Origin: Eledone cirrhosa
Taxonomy: Eukaryota
DNA length: 64,000 nt
Assembly: GCA_964016885.1 (NCBI GenBank)
Contig: OZ024742.1
Coordinates: 323,516,001-323,580,000 of the forward strand
Reading direction: 5' to 3'
Below the pieces are notes generated by a model, which made no database searches, was not told where the DNA came from, and saw only the letters and a list, made by a program, of their open reading frames with translations. The position numbers and the translations under genes are program-made. This document shows positions 1-12,857 of the stretch, in pieces (the first letter of the stretch is position 1; every line of letters begins with the position of its first letter).

Positions 1-17
1 ATAATAATAATACACAC

Positions 18-230
18 GTTTGAAATCATCAACAGGGGGTTCATTAAAGTCCGACATACGGTCATCACTAAGGCTGCTGACAGAACTACAAGAATCAACA
101 TCTTTGTGAAGGTTTGGGATTTTAGTACCCCAAATATCACGGGTTAGTTTTTCCTCTTCATCATCACTATCATCTTCTTCATCGTCATCCTCGTATTTGA
201 ATGCTTTGCTTTCAGATCCGTATGCAGGGT
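18..230 (-). CDS. EIF2B5: eIF2B epsilon exon 11, acidic linker (..YEDDDEEDDSDDEEEKLTRDIWG..PPVDDFK); gene continues beyond the window
   Basis: ttttacAG acceptor, open frame, DxWG and DD.K motifs preceding the W2 domain; probable GTGTGT donor at 17. Confidence 0.82.
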
Positions 231-831
231 CTGTAAAAATGTGAAATGAATCATTCATATATATGTATGCGCTGGGCTGTGAGTTTCATTTGTACTTAAG
301 GATGTAAGTTTCATTTGCACTTAAAGAACTTCATAGTTCTATTTCACTCAGCTGAAATTAAGTACCAATAGCAGCTGGGTGTTAGCCCTGTGATAGACTG
401 GCACCCTGTCCAGAACGGTGTTTTGTATTCTGAGTCACTTAACACCTCATAAAACCAGGTTAAGCTCTGATCTTTGTCTAACCCATGCAAGCATGGAAGA
501 ATGGACATAATTTTTTTTTTGTCTCTTTGTTAGTGTTTAAAGTAGTGAGCTGTTTCTTACCCTCCAATACATACTTATAGCTAGATGAACAAGGTCACTT
601 TGAAAGCTAAGAGCCTTGACCACATTACAATGCCAGTGACATTACAAAACAGTAATAGCCTTTAGGTTGATTGTTTAGTAACTTATCCATTTAGCCATCA
701 ATGCCCTATCTACTTGTGAAACAATAAGTAAACCATCATAGAATTTAATTGCTGGTTTATAATATAGAGAAAAACACCGCAACAGCTCTGATTTCTTTTC
801 GTTTTAGTTTAAAGTGAACCTTTATACTTAC

Positions 832-952
832 CGCTCTTTATAGTTTTTTCCTCCTGTGCCTCATCATCATCAAAGCCAGAAGATAACGGCTGAGACATTA
901 GTCGGATACTGGGTCCAGCAGTTATAGATTTCTTAAGATCTCCAAGTTTTAC
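832..952 (-). CDS. EIF2B5: eIF2B epsilon exon 10 (VKLGDLKKSITAGPSIRLMSQPLSSGFDDDEAQEEKTIKS)
   Basis: ttttccAG acceptor, GTAAGT donor, 121 nt, phase 0-1, open frame entering the acidic linker. Confidence 0.85.
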
Positions 953-1049
953 CTGGAAAAGTAAGACAACTTATTGTTCACTTTCCAGGAAGCAATCTCA
1001 AATGTATTACTACCACATTTTAAAATATATTTTGTTTTATTTACTAACA

Positions 1050-4000
1050 AAAAGAAAAAGAAAGAGGGAAAAAATTTAAATAACGAAAGTAAGGAAAAGG
1101 TTTAGGGAAGGGAGAAAGGCAATGTTTAAATAAAAGAGGAAAAAAAAACTGTGGAAACTGAAGAAGGAACACCAAACAGCACTAAAAAAAAAAAAGAAAA
1201 AACCAAACAAATCCTCGTTCAACAGTATAGAAAATGTAAAGGAAGGGGTGAACAACCAAGCCAACACCAGAGCAAAAGACAGCAGCGAGGGGTACTGGGA
1301 GACTTCTCTAATGACTTTTGAGGTAAGCCAGCACACTCACAGCATTGCCTCGGGTGATGGCGAGGCTAATGCGCTGGAACAGCCAAGCGCCCTCGCAAGA
1401 TTCGCCAGTTACCCCTATTACCTCTATTAGATTCGCCAATTACCTCTATTAGGCGAGCTACCTCGCAGTCAGCAGCCCGACTTCCCCAAACGTCTTGAAA
1501 GCCACAGGCTGAAAAGGGTAGCTGGCCGACAGATCAGAGTATTTGAGGGTCTTACTCCGCTCGGCTGCAGAAGCTGTGGCTCTTGTTCTAACCGCAGCAT
1601 CCAGGATGTGAGAGAAAGTAAAAAGTGTCAGAAACAGTGGCGTCCCAGACAAGGCACCTGCCTCTCAACCAGGGGCACAGGGTAAGGCCGTCAGGTCTTT
1701 TGCCGTCACTTCTGGACAACCCAGATGGTTCCAAGACTGAGGGGATGTTCGCCCAGGCCAAAGCTCTCTTGAGGATGAGGTTTAGCTCCGTGTGACATGC
1801 GAAGCAGCCAGCATTCAGGCGGCAAGAAAGACCATGGAGGCCTTGGGAGTCAAGGAGTTTGCTGCATCGGCACTTTAAACCCATGCAGACGTCAGCTCCT
1901 ACTCTGAGGGCAATAGAGACACGAAGTTCGTCCAGGTTGAGTAGGCCACCGACGTTGACCACAGGTAGGGCATCAACCCAGTCACCTGAGTATTTGGCGC
2001 TGGCAGATAGTAAGCAGCATCTTGCAAACTGATCTGACTGGACGAAGAGGGAGTCGAAGGTGGCCTTCGAACTTATGCTGTCCTAAGTTCTCTGACTTCG
2101 ACTGTCCTCGACCTTCTCAAGAAGAGACAAGCCCAACTCACTCCATTGCTGGAGAGCTTCACCCAACTCCCTGTTGGAATTAGTCTATGTTGGAGAGGAG
2201 AGGATGCTGCTCACCAGGGTGGAGGAAAGGAAGCAGGGGAGAGAGAGGGACGAACACTTACAAAGACTAAAACCCCCAAATCGCTTGGGCAACGCAGCCT
2301 GATCGTGGGACTCTGGAGAGAGTCTAACATTGACCAGGCACTCGAGTCTCTTGAAGATTAGGTCATCGAAGTGTTGGAGGCAGGACGGAAATCTGTGAGA
2401 GGGGCTGACCCTTAGCAGATACAGAAGCTTAGGAATAGATAGGTAGTTCATGAGTATGAAGAAACCTTGATGGGATTCGATAACCTCAATATTCTTCAGC
2501 AGCTGCTCAAGGCCAACCATCTTCGATTGGAAGATTGACTCGAAGGCAAGGTCTGTGATTGGGGCTGCTAAGGAGCACCAAGCCGACGGGGGAGAGACCG
2601 CGATGGAAGGGAAGGACTCTGCAAACAGGTCGATTAGCTGTTGAGAAGCCGGGTGGTTGAGGATCCAGAGCTCACATTTGGAGCTATTGACCTGGAGAAC
2701 TCGGCAGCCAAGCTCCTCAACCATCTTGTTCCTCCCAAACAAGCGTCGTCGAGGTACCAGACATTGAGGTCCAACTCAGCCCCCATCTTGGTGACGTCAT
2801 CAATGCCCAGTGCAAACAGAGCGGGCCCGAATGGGTCACCCTGTTGGACTCCTGAGGCAGAGGTGATGATCTGGTCACTGAAAGAGAGGTAGGAGGGCTC
2901 CTGATAAGCCTGCCAAGCAAAGTGATAGAGTTGTGGGACCCTCTCTCTTACTGAGCCGGGGACGACGTTGCAGTTGACGGAGTTAAAGGTGTTCCTGAGG
3001 TCAAGTTTGAGGATGACCTTGGGGGAAGAGGAGGGCAAGTTGGCAAATGCTCTGGTAGTGTGGACAGCAGCCTCACATCCCAACTTGGTACCCACCCCCA
3101 GCTAGATGGGGGAAAATTCCTCCGCCAGTGAGTTGGAGACCAACAGCAATCACGCCTTTGCAGTGAGGCGATGAAGGGTGCAGCCAACCGTAATGGGGCG
3201 CAGGTCTCTGTTGGTCTTGGTGAGACTAAATAGCTTCACACCGAAGAACAGTGGATGGATGAACGTTCACTGAAGAGAACTGATTCACAAACTGAGTCAG
3301 ACTCTCCAGGAGCTCGAGTCTGGCGTCACCGGCCGATAAGGAGATACCATCCTTGAGGTGTTGAGGATGAAGGCCGTCAATTCCCAAGCCTGACCCAGCG
3401 GAGAAGGATGAAATTGCCTTTCTGATGATATCGGTGGTGTAAACCGGTCTCGAGTATTCTGGTGGTTCGGGCCAGTGTAGCTGATGGGTGCTTCTCTTTC
3501 AGTCGCTCAAGAGAATTAGAGTTACACGGAGCAAGAGAGGACAGAGAAGAGAGGAGATGGACAGCCCCTTTAATGTCAAATTCGCTGAATTTGGCATTGA
3601 CCGCTCGCTTGAGGTCTACCGGTTTTCTGTTGGTGGACACCGAGCTTGATGTCAAACTGAGATGAGACGTGGTTGGGAACTGCCGCTTGAGAGGACGTGA
3701 GGGAACCCGAGTTCCCATTGTGCACGTGAAGAGAGATGAGGGGAAACAAAAACAATTTCTGCCAGTCAGACCTATTGTTGGATGAGCAAACGTTTTTCAA
3801 TAAAATTAGAGAGGGCACGTGCAAAGCTATTCCGAGCTCCCTTAGGGATCTGGTTAACGAGCTTAGATTTGGAGAAACCATGGAGGGCTGAAGTGGCACC
3901 GATTACAGGTCCATTATTGAAGCCTTTCGGCTTGAGCTTTGTGGTAGGTGACATTTAATTGTCTTTAAGTACCGGCACAGAGAGCACAATCAGGTGGTGG

Positions 4001-4270
4001 GCTGGCAGCAACCGGCAGTAGAGGGCCAGCGTTGGAGGGAGTGAGTCTGTAAAGGAGGCAGCAGTGGTTCTAACGGTGGGACTAGAGCAGAGGTTGGGTG
4101 GTGGGCTAACAGTTGTAGGGGTAGTGGGGTTGGCTGGGTTGAATTCGCTCAGAATCTGCAGTGAAGAGGAGGAGGGGGTAGGTGGGGACAAGTTAGCTCC
4201 TCTCGTGCGTGCCGAAGTTGGTGGAGAATGAGGTCGAAGGCTGACCGGTTGTCACATAGTCATTCCACCT
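1050..4270 (-). mobile_element. Degenerate CRE-like (restriction-like endonuclease) non-LTR retrotransposon in EIF2B5 intron 9
   Basis: Frameshifted ORF pieces: RT motifs LKLDLRNTFNSV, GVQQGDPFGPALF, WYLDD; C-terminal C..C..H..C finger and KRPDG..WD endonuclease; boundaries approximate. Confidence 0.85.
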
Positions 4271-4835
4271 TTTTGTTAGTAAATAAAGTATCTTTTGTTT
4301 TATTAAGACTGAAACCAATGTTATCATTATGACACTTCTGAAAAGGTTTATCAGTCTTCCCATGAAATTCCATCTCATAGGAAGTCTCAAGGGTGTTTTA
4401 ATGATACAGGCCCCAGTACTATCGCATCACCATTTTTATGGTGACATGGGGCAAGATCTGAATTCAAAATGTACAGAACCAGAACAGATATCACAAGGCA
4501 TCCCATCCAGCGCACTAACAATTCCATCAATCCCCAAGCCTGGACTAACACCTTATCTATAAACCCTTTCTATCTCATCTCTCCCAACCCCGCTTCTGAC
4601 TTGTTACCTTGATAATTCTAAATATACCCACTTTTCATTTTAACTCAAACACACAAACATATAAATATACACACACACACACACACGTAGAAATACATGC
4701 ATATACACATCTATAGCTCGTGCCAGCATAGAAAATGTACATAAAATGATCATGATATACAAACATATTTATTTATCTATGTGTGTAGGTAAATATTATG
4801 TATATGAAGAGACTATTAAACATTACTCTACTTAC

Positions 4836-4981
4836 ATTCCATGAAAGTATGCTTCCTTCCTTTACAACGACCTTGTTTAGTAAAACAACACCACTGCATA
4901 GGATTGAACTGTTGATCAGGCAGTTATCACCAACAACAATATTATCCCATAGGTATGCCCCATTAATTTGCACATTTTTAC
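4836..4981 (-). CDS. EIF2B5: eIF2B epsilon exon 9 (GKNVQINGAYLWDNIVVGDNCLINSSILCSGVVLLNKVVVKEGSILSWN)
   Basis: ttacAG acceptor, GTAAGT donor, 146 nt, phase 1-0; hexapeptide repeats. Confidence 0.93.
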
Positions 4982-5692
4982 CTGTAATAAATAGAGGCAT
5001 ATTGATGATATGAATAATCAAAATCATCCATACACACTATCATTACCATATCACCAACACGAGCTTCATCACCACTTGTATCATCTTTATAATAATTATG
5101 ACAGAACTACATTTTTAATCAACACAACAATTAAGGAAAGAGCTATGGTACTGTTAAATGCTTTGTGGTATTTCTTCTGAATATAATGTTTGGTATTCAA
5201 ATCCTATTGAGATATCGTTTGCATTTCATCCTTCCGAGGTTTATAAAATATAGTACCAGTCTAGTACTGAAGTTGATTTAACCCTTTAGCATTTAAACTG
5301 GCCTTATCCAGACAGAATTCCTTCACCTCATTCTGTTCAAACTGGCCGCTTATACTAATAACATCAAAATCTCATAGATTCTATATTATGTGAGATAATT
5401 ATGCAAGATAAAGCCTTTACTACAAAAATACCATAGTATATATAGAGTAATGTAAATGTTCAAGGGTTAATCAATTTTTCCACAACCTCAAATTGCTGAC
5501 TTGGTACCTACATTAAAAACTATCAATATGACACCACCCCAATAATTTTGTTCACCACTTAACCCAACATTCATATTAGATACCTGTATGAAGGCAGTAG
5601 TCTCTTCTGTATTCACCTCAGCTTAGTTATACACATTCTCTTTTATAAAAGAACCATATCTTATGTTACTATCTTAGTAATGAAATAATTAA

Positions 5693-7290
5693 ATCATCAT
5701 CATCATCATCATCGTCGTTTAACGTCCCTGTTCCACGCTTGCATGGGTTTGGACGGGGGTTTTCCCACTTGAGGCAAGAGTGATTGTCTTGCTCGCATAG
5801 GACTGTCTGGCGGGTTTTCTACAGCTGGATGCCCTTCCTAACACCAACCACATTTACAGTGTGGTGCTGGGAGTTTTACTGTGTTGCCTACACGGCCACA
5901 TTACAGCGTGGACTGTCTGGCGTGTTTTCTACAGCTGGATGCCCTTCCTAACACCAACCACATTTACAGTGTGGGACTGGGAGGTTTTTACCGTGTTGCC
6001 TACACAGTCACATTACAGCGTGGACTGTGTGTTTTTTTGTCGTGACACCTACACGATCTCGTTTGTTTCGGCCTGGATGTTGTGGCACCAACATAACTTT
6101 GCATTGAAGGGGGCAGTGTGGATGGGGTGGGACGGGGGTGTATTTTGTTAGAGATGCCTACTGACTAGTAGGTTTTACTTTGTATTTAGGTAAGGCGGGT
6201 CTTCTCTGTTACTGAGTACCGCCAAAGGTCTCAGTCCAGTGACATTGTCTTGGAGAGGTGTAAGCGTGTGAGGTCGGAATTTATCAGCTCGTCCCAGGTT
6301 TTCCTGGGTCTGCCTACTCCGTGGCTACCATCTATCTTTATTGCCCTGCACTTTGTTATACAGCTGTCGTCTTTCATGCGCATCACGTGACCATACCAAC
6401 GTAGCCTTCTCTCGAGTAAACAACATCTGATCCCCCTTATTTCTAATTTTTTCCTTAGTTCGTTTATGCTTTGCCGTTCACGTATATTACTATTACACAT
6501 CCAGCGGAGCATGCAAGCTTCGTTCCTCTCTAGTCTGCGTATATCCTGTGCACACATTGCCCAGGTCTCACTGCCATGCAACATTGCTGTTCGTATGCAG
6601 GCATCATACAACCTGCCTTTCATTTTTAGGGAGAACCCTTTAGCGGCTAATAGTGGTATAAGCTCTCTGAACTTTTTCCATCCAGTTCTGACTCTAGCTA
6701 CTGTACTTTCAGAGCACCCTCCCCCACTGCTGATTTTGTCACCCAGGTAACGGAAGCTGTCCACTATTTCTATAGAACCCTCTGCGCAATTGAAAGAGTT
6801 AGTATTTTGTGGGCACTTGCTGCTACTTATTGCACCAGAGCACCGGCCACATGTAAAATCTGTGTTCTTAGTTAGCTTACCTGTGATCCCACTACATCTT
6901 TTATGCACCCATACTTTGCATTTGGGACATAAAATGGAGTTTCAACCTACGCCTTTCCTACACACTGAGCATGGCCATTTCCCGGAGGGGACTGGCGCCT
7001 TATTTTCTTTCCTACAAACTAGAACTTTAGTCTTAGCCAGGTTAATTTTAAGGCCTTTTGATTCTAGGCCGTGCTTCCATGTTTGGAATTTCTTCTCTAG
7101 CTCGGCCATTGATTCAGCTATGAGCGTTAGATCATCTGTGTATAGGAGTTCCCATGGGCAGCCGGTCTTGAACTCCTCTGTTATAGCCTGAAGGGCAATA
7201 ATAAATAGTAGGGGGCTAAGAACAGAGCCCTGATAGACACCAACTTTTACGCTAAACTCTTCACTATATTCGTTGTTAATTCTAACCTTG
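5693..7290 (-). mobile_element. 5'-truncated copy of the same RTE-type LINE
   Basis: Near identity to 12172-14130; (GAT)n tail; two 3'-UTR repeat units. Confidence 0.93.
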
Positions 7291-7639
7291 CTAATTTTAG
7301 TAAATCCCTCAAAATTCTTCATAAGATTAATTGAAATAGAGTATATTCCATTAGAAATACTGTCACAAAATGCATAAATACACACATCAGTAGTAGAGAC
7401 AAAATGGCTAACTAGATAAATAATTCATGTCTTAACGCATTAACATTTAAACCAACTGTATCCAGCCAGAATTCTCTCACCTCTTTCTGTTCAAACCAGC
7501 TGCTCAGACTGATGTTAAGGTGTGGTTCTCAAAATAGATATCAAAATCTCATAGCTTCAATATTATGTGAGATAAGACCTTTACCATGAAAATATAATAG
7601 TAAATATAGAGTAATGCAAATGCTAAAGGGTTAACTTAC

Positions 7640-7740
7640 CGATTTTACAGTTGTTTCCAATCACAGAATCTGTAATCACAGAGCCACTTTCAATTGTTGT
7701 GCCTTTTCCAACCAAAACATTTTGAATGAGCTTGCAGCCA
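7640..7740 (-). CDS. EIF2B5: eIF2B epsilon exon 8 (GCKLIQNVLVGKGTTIESGSVITDSVIGNNCKI), left-handed beta-helix repeats
   Basis: ctctAG acceptor, GTAAGT donor, 101 nt, phase 2-1; hexapeptide pattern. Confidence 0.92.
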
Positions 7741-8384
7741 CTAGAGGCAAACAATTGAAAAAGGAACATTTACAGATGTAAAACAATTCAACATTTGGAA
7801 ATTAAGTATCTTGACCACAAGTACAACACATCTTACTATAAACATACATATATCAATTTTCCATGCTTGCAGAAGTTAGACAGAGTGTCATGTTATAAGA
7901 CAAGTCAGGTTCTGAGACCATGTAATGCTCATACAGATCTGTATTTGGGCTTGGTTTCTACAGCTGGATGCACTTCCTAATGCCAATCATGTTACAGGGT
8001 GAACTGGGTGCTTTTTGTTGCGTTACCAGCACAACCATCTTACCCCATGTCTCTAATATGACCAACTTACAAAATGGACTGGGTGCTTTTGTTGTGGCAC
8101 TGGATCAGATTACAGAGTGGATTTTGTGTGTTTTGTTGTGGCAATGGCATTATGGGGGATCAGATGTAGAGAGTGTCCAGCTTTCGTGCTTGTATGCATG
8201 TGTTGGGCAGGCAAAGGGTAACAGGGGTGAGGGTTTGGAGTGGAGAGGAAGTAAGCAAGTGCAACATTGACGAGATGTGTAGGATATTAAGCTGGTGAGG
8301 GTGGGGTATTAAAACTGGGGAGGGGTGAAGAGAAGACTGGTGTAGACTATTGTAGACTATGGCCGTTTCATTTCATTTTGTGCA

Positions 8385-8820
8385 GATGGGAAGGAAGGTC
8401 TTCTGTAGTACAGCATGATGCCAGAGATCTCGATCCTAGCTTCTGGCATCCTGGTAGTGTTCTCTACTTCCCCCATTCTGCCAGTCTTTCCATGCCCGTC
8501 TCTTGGCCTTAATTGCTTCATCCACCCTACTATTCCACTACCTAAAACCTTTGTTTCTTGTGCCAAACCCAAAACCTCTGTGGATTCCATAGAAGTCATC
8601 CAAGTGTTGCACAACATGCCTGTTAAAGCCAGCTGCAATGAAGTCACTGTCACTTATCAGGAAAGTTGTGTGCATTAGGGATTTGTAATACCTGTCTTTT
8701 GTTCGTCTGACAGTCCAGATTGAGATGCATACGAATAAGTAATTGGTGCTGCTGGAATACGTAATACTGAAGAATCAGTCATATTGACTTTCTCCCAGAA
8801 AATTTGGTACATATTTCCAA
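8385..8820 (-). mobile_element. Decayed RTE-type LINE fragments (APE and linker)
   Basis: Remnants resembling WWNSRVDEAIKAK..AWKDWKNG and YA.QSGL. Confidence 0.6.
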
Positions 8821-9330
8821 CAGCTAGGTGAACTGAAACAATGTAGAGTGAAGCGCTTTGTCCAGAAACACAACAAAACATCTACAGTTGATTCAAACCC
8901 ACCATCCACGAACAGATAATTTCAATAGCTAATCTACTCAACCACTTGTTTGTTTCTCTCATGGAACAAGAAAATAAGATAAAAGCATAGAGTTTAACTC
9001 TTCTGCTCCCATATTTCTAATTAAAGACACTACTTGTAATTTTCATAGGTTTAAAATTATCAAGAATTTGGAGGGATTTAACTATATAACTAACTTTCTC
9101 ATTAATAAGCTGGTGTTTGGAGCATAACTCAAAAGTTCTCACATAAATTTCTGATGTAAGGTTTTTAGACAATGATGATAAACACTTTAAAATAAACAGC
9201 TTTGCATTGTAGAACCAAGAGCAGTTTCAGTTGGATTGCTATGAAAAGGGTTAAATCTCTACATATCAATAATTGCTGACATAAAAGACAGAAACAGGAT
9301 TTAAATCAGGTTACTTTCAATGCAACTAAC

Positions 9331-9459
9331 CGTTCTAGAGTAACAGCAGAACATTGGTAAGTATTGTAGCGACCATAAGAAACAAAATTCTCCTTGCTTC
9401 TAGTAGGAATCAAGATGTCAGGTACTAAGGGGTAGCACCATCTCTGAAGAATATCTCGA
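9331..9459 (-). CDS. EIF2B5: eIF2B epsilon exon 7 (RDILQRWCYPLVPDILIPTRSKENFVSYGRYNTYQCSAVTLER)
   Basis: ttacAG acceptor, GTTAGT donor, 129 nt, phase 2-2; RW.YPL.P motif. Confidence 0.92.
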
Positions 9460-9876
9460 CTGTAATAAAAAATAAAAAAAATAAATTAATTAAATTAAAA
9501 TAATTATACATATTTATTTTTTGGAAATATGAAAGAAATAAAAGAAAAATAACTCTTGATGTAAATGTTATACAAGAACCAGTACTGAAAGAAGGATGGC
9601 GGGTTTTGAAACATGGTGGTGAGATATCAATATAGACTAATGAATGTTTGTTTTTAATATTGATATACAATCTAAAAGTTTGGTAAATTGGCAGAGTTAT
9701 CAGAATGTTGGATAGAATGCTTTGCAGTATTTGTTCTAGCTCTCCGAGTTCAAATTCTGTTGAGGTCAACTTTACCTTTCAAAGTTGATAATAAACAAAC
9801 CCCACCAGTCCAGTCCAGTTGTTGGGGTCTCCAACCTGAAGAGGAGATGGGCTCCACCAGGTTTAAAGTGCCAGAG

Positions 9877-11199
9877 ACATACTGTATATCATGATGGTAG
9901 CACTATGAATCCATCAGGATTTACAGGGTGATACATACATACACTATATCATGATGGTAACACTATGAACCCATCAGGAGTTACAGGCTGATACATACAT
10001 ACACTATATCATGATGGTAACACTATGAACCCATCAGGAGTTACAGGTTGATACATACATACACTATATCATGATGGTAACACTATGAACCCATCAGGAG
10101 TTACAGGCTGATACATACATACACTATATCATGATGGTAACACTATGAACCCATCAGAAGTTACAGGTTGATACATACATACACTATATCATGATAGCAA
10201 CACTATGAACCCATCAGGAGTTACAGGTTGATACATACATACACTATATCATGATAGCAACACTATGAACCCATCAGGAGTTACAGGTTGATACATACAT
10301 ACACTATATCATGATAGCAACACTATGAACCCATCAGGAGTTACAGGTTGATACATACATACACTATATCATGATGGTAACACTATGAACCCATCAGGAG
10401 TTACAGGTTGATACATACATACACTATATCATGATGGTAACACTATGAACCCATCAGGAGTTACAGGCTGATACATACATACACTATATCATGATAGCAA
10501 CACTATGAACCCATCAGGAGTTACAGGTTGATACATACATACACTATATCATGATAGCAACACTATGAACCCATCAGGAGTTACAGGTTGATACATACAT
10601 ACACTATATCATGATGGTAACACTATGAACCCATCAGGAGTTACAGGTTGATACATACATACACTATATCATGATAGCAACACTATGAACCCATCAGGAG
10701 TTACAGGTTGATACATACATACACTATATCATGATGGTAACACTATGAACCCATCAGGAGTTACAGGCTGATACATACATACACTATATCATGATAGCAA
10801 CACTATGAACCCATCAGGATTTACAGGTTGATACATACATACACTATATCATGATAGCAACACTATGAACCCATCAGGAGTTACAGGCTGATACATACAT
10901 ACACTATATCATGATGGTAACACTATGAACCCATCAGGAGTTACAGGTTGATACATACATACACTATATCATGATAGCAACACTATGAACCCATCAGGAG
11001 TTACAGGTTGATACATACATACACTATATCATGATGGTAACATTATGAACCCATCAGGAGTTACAGGTTGATACATACATACACTATATCATGATGGTAA
11101 CACTATGAACCCATCAGGAGTTACAGGTTGATACATACATACACTATATCATGATAGCAACACTATGAACCCATCAGGAGTTACAGGTTGATACATACA
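9877..11199 (+). repeat. 60-bp minisatellite, about 22 copies, in EIF2B5 intron 6
   Basis: Unit CACTATGAACCCATCAGGAGTTACAGG(T/C)TGATACATACATACACTATATCATGAT(GGT/AGC)AA. Confidence 0.97.
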
Positions 11200-11493
11200 A
11201 ACAATCCAAATAGTTAAGTGAGAAAAGAATTGATAGAGAAAGAAAGTCAGAGTTTTGGTTGAGTCAAAATGTTGGGGTCGATTCCCCCCCTCCCCCATAT
11301 CTTTTTCTCACTATTACTCACTCTCCTCTGGAAGAAATTAGCTATGTTCAAACCTGGAGACGTTCTGCCAGGTTTTAAATGCCCAAGAAACACCGCATCA
11401 CAATGGTGCCCCTACAACTTCACTAGGAGTTACAGATACATCCATAAACAAATGGACAGACATGCAGACATGAATGATCCAAAAGTCACCAAC

Positions 11494-11579
11494 CTGACTG
11501 TGTCATACATATGAAGGTTAGATACACGGACAGCATAGCCTTCTTCAGGAATGTGGATATGTATGGAGTTTCCAGTTAT
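11494..11579 (-). CDS. EIF2B5: eIF2B epsilon exon 6 (ITGNSIHIHIPEEGYAVRVSNLHMYDTVS)
   Basis: ttttacAG acceptor, GTTGGT donor, 86 nt; RVSNLHMY motif. Confidence 0.92.
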
Positions 11580-12173
11580 CTGTAAAATAGTGACATAAAA
11601 ATGAAAGTTGAAGTTAAATTTCAAAGTCTCTTGGTCAGCCATGGGCAATTCACAACACTTGAAGAGTATGCAACTCTGTAGATATTTTTGTATGACACAA
11701 ATTATGTCATGATTTTTTTGTTTTAAAATTCTCTAACATATTTAGATGTGTCTGTGTTAATTTTTTTCTCTTTATGTTATTCATTCATGCTTTCTCTCAT
11801 CAATAGTTCACAAAAGGTTGTCATGCAAGAATTTTCAATTGTCCTCTATGTTATACGTGTCGAACTCATCACCCTCTCATCAAATGCATCCCCTAAGTCC
11901 TTTCTAAACCTATATTTAACAGAATGGTCCTTTAGTTTTCTAATCCTCCGTTGCCATATTTTCCCGCATATTTTGATGTTATTAATAACTAACTTGTGTT
12001 GGGCAGTACATTCTTCCCCAGGGAAGACCTTAGTATTTATTAGTCTGTCTATCTTGTCTTACAATTTCCATTTTTCAAAGATGGTAGAATGTGATTCAAG
12101 AGGGATTTGACTGCTTTTGTAAAGTAAGCTAGAGGAAAAGATTTCAGAAATTTGATGCCATATATAGACAATG

Positions 12174-12205
<32 letters not shown>

Positions 12206-12289
12206 GGTTTAGCGTCCGTGTTCCACGCTTGCATGGGTTTGGACGGGGGTTTTCCCACTTGAGGCAAGAGTGGTTGTCTTGCTCGCATA

Positions 12290-12857
12290 GGACTGTCTGG
12301 CGGGTTTTCTACAGTTGGATGCCCTTCCTAACACCAACCACATTTACAGTGTGGGGCTGGGAGGTTTTTACCGTGTTGCCTACACGGCCACATTACAGCG
12401 TGGACTGTCTGGCGGGTTTTCTACAGCTGGATGCCCTTCCTAACACCAACCACATTTACAGTGTGGGGCTGGGAGGTTTTTACCGTGTTGCCTACACGGC
12501 CACATTACAGCGTGGACTGTCTGGCGGGTTTTCTACAGCTGGATGCCCTTCCTAACACCAACCACATTTACAGTGTGAGGCTGGGAGGTTTTTACCGTGT
12601 TGCCTACACGGCCACATTACAGCGTGGACTGTCTGGCGGGTTTTCTACAGCTGGATGCCCTTCCTAACACCAACCACATTTACAGTGTGGGGCTGGGAGG
12701 TTTTTACCGTGTTGCCTACACGGCCACATTACAGCGTGGACTGTCTGGCGGGTTTTCTACAGTTGGATGCCCTTCCTAACACCAACCACATTTACAGTGT
12801 GGGGCTGGGAGGTTTTTACCGTGTTGCCTACACGGCCACATTTACAGCGTGGACTGT
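12290..12857 (-). repeat. 112-bp tandem repeat, 5 copies, in the LINE 3' UTR
   Basis: Units start at 12290, 12402, 12514, 12626 and 12738. Confidence 0.95.

Noticed and set aside
6466-7191. Conserved antisense ORFs repeated in each LINE copy (also 13311-14036, 32686-33390, 53168-54307)
   Set aside because: Shadow frames of the RT coding strand, conserved only because the copies are recent
9877-11199. CRISPR-like regular array
   Set aside because: Contiguous 60-bp units without unique spacers, no cas genes, eukaryotic intron; it is a minisatellite
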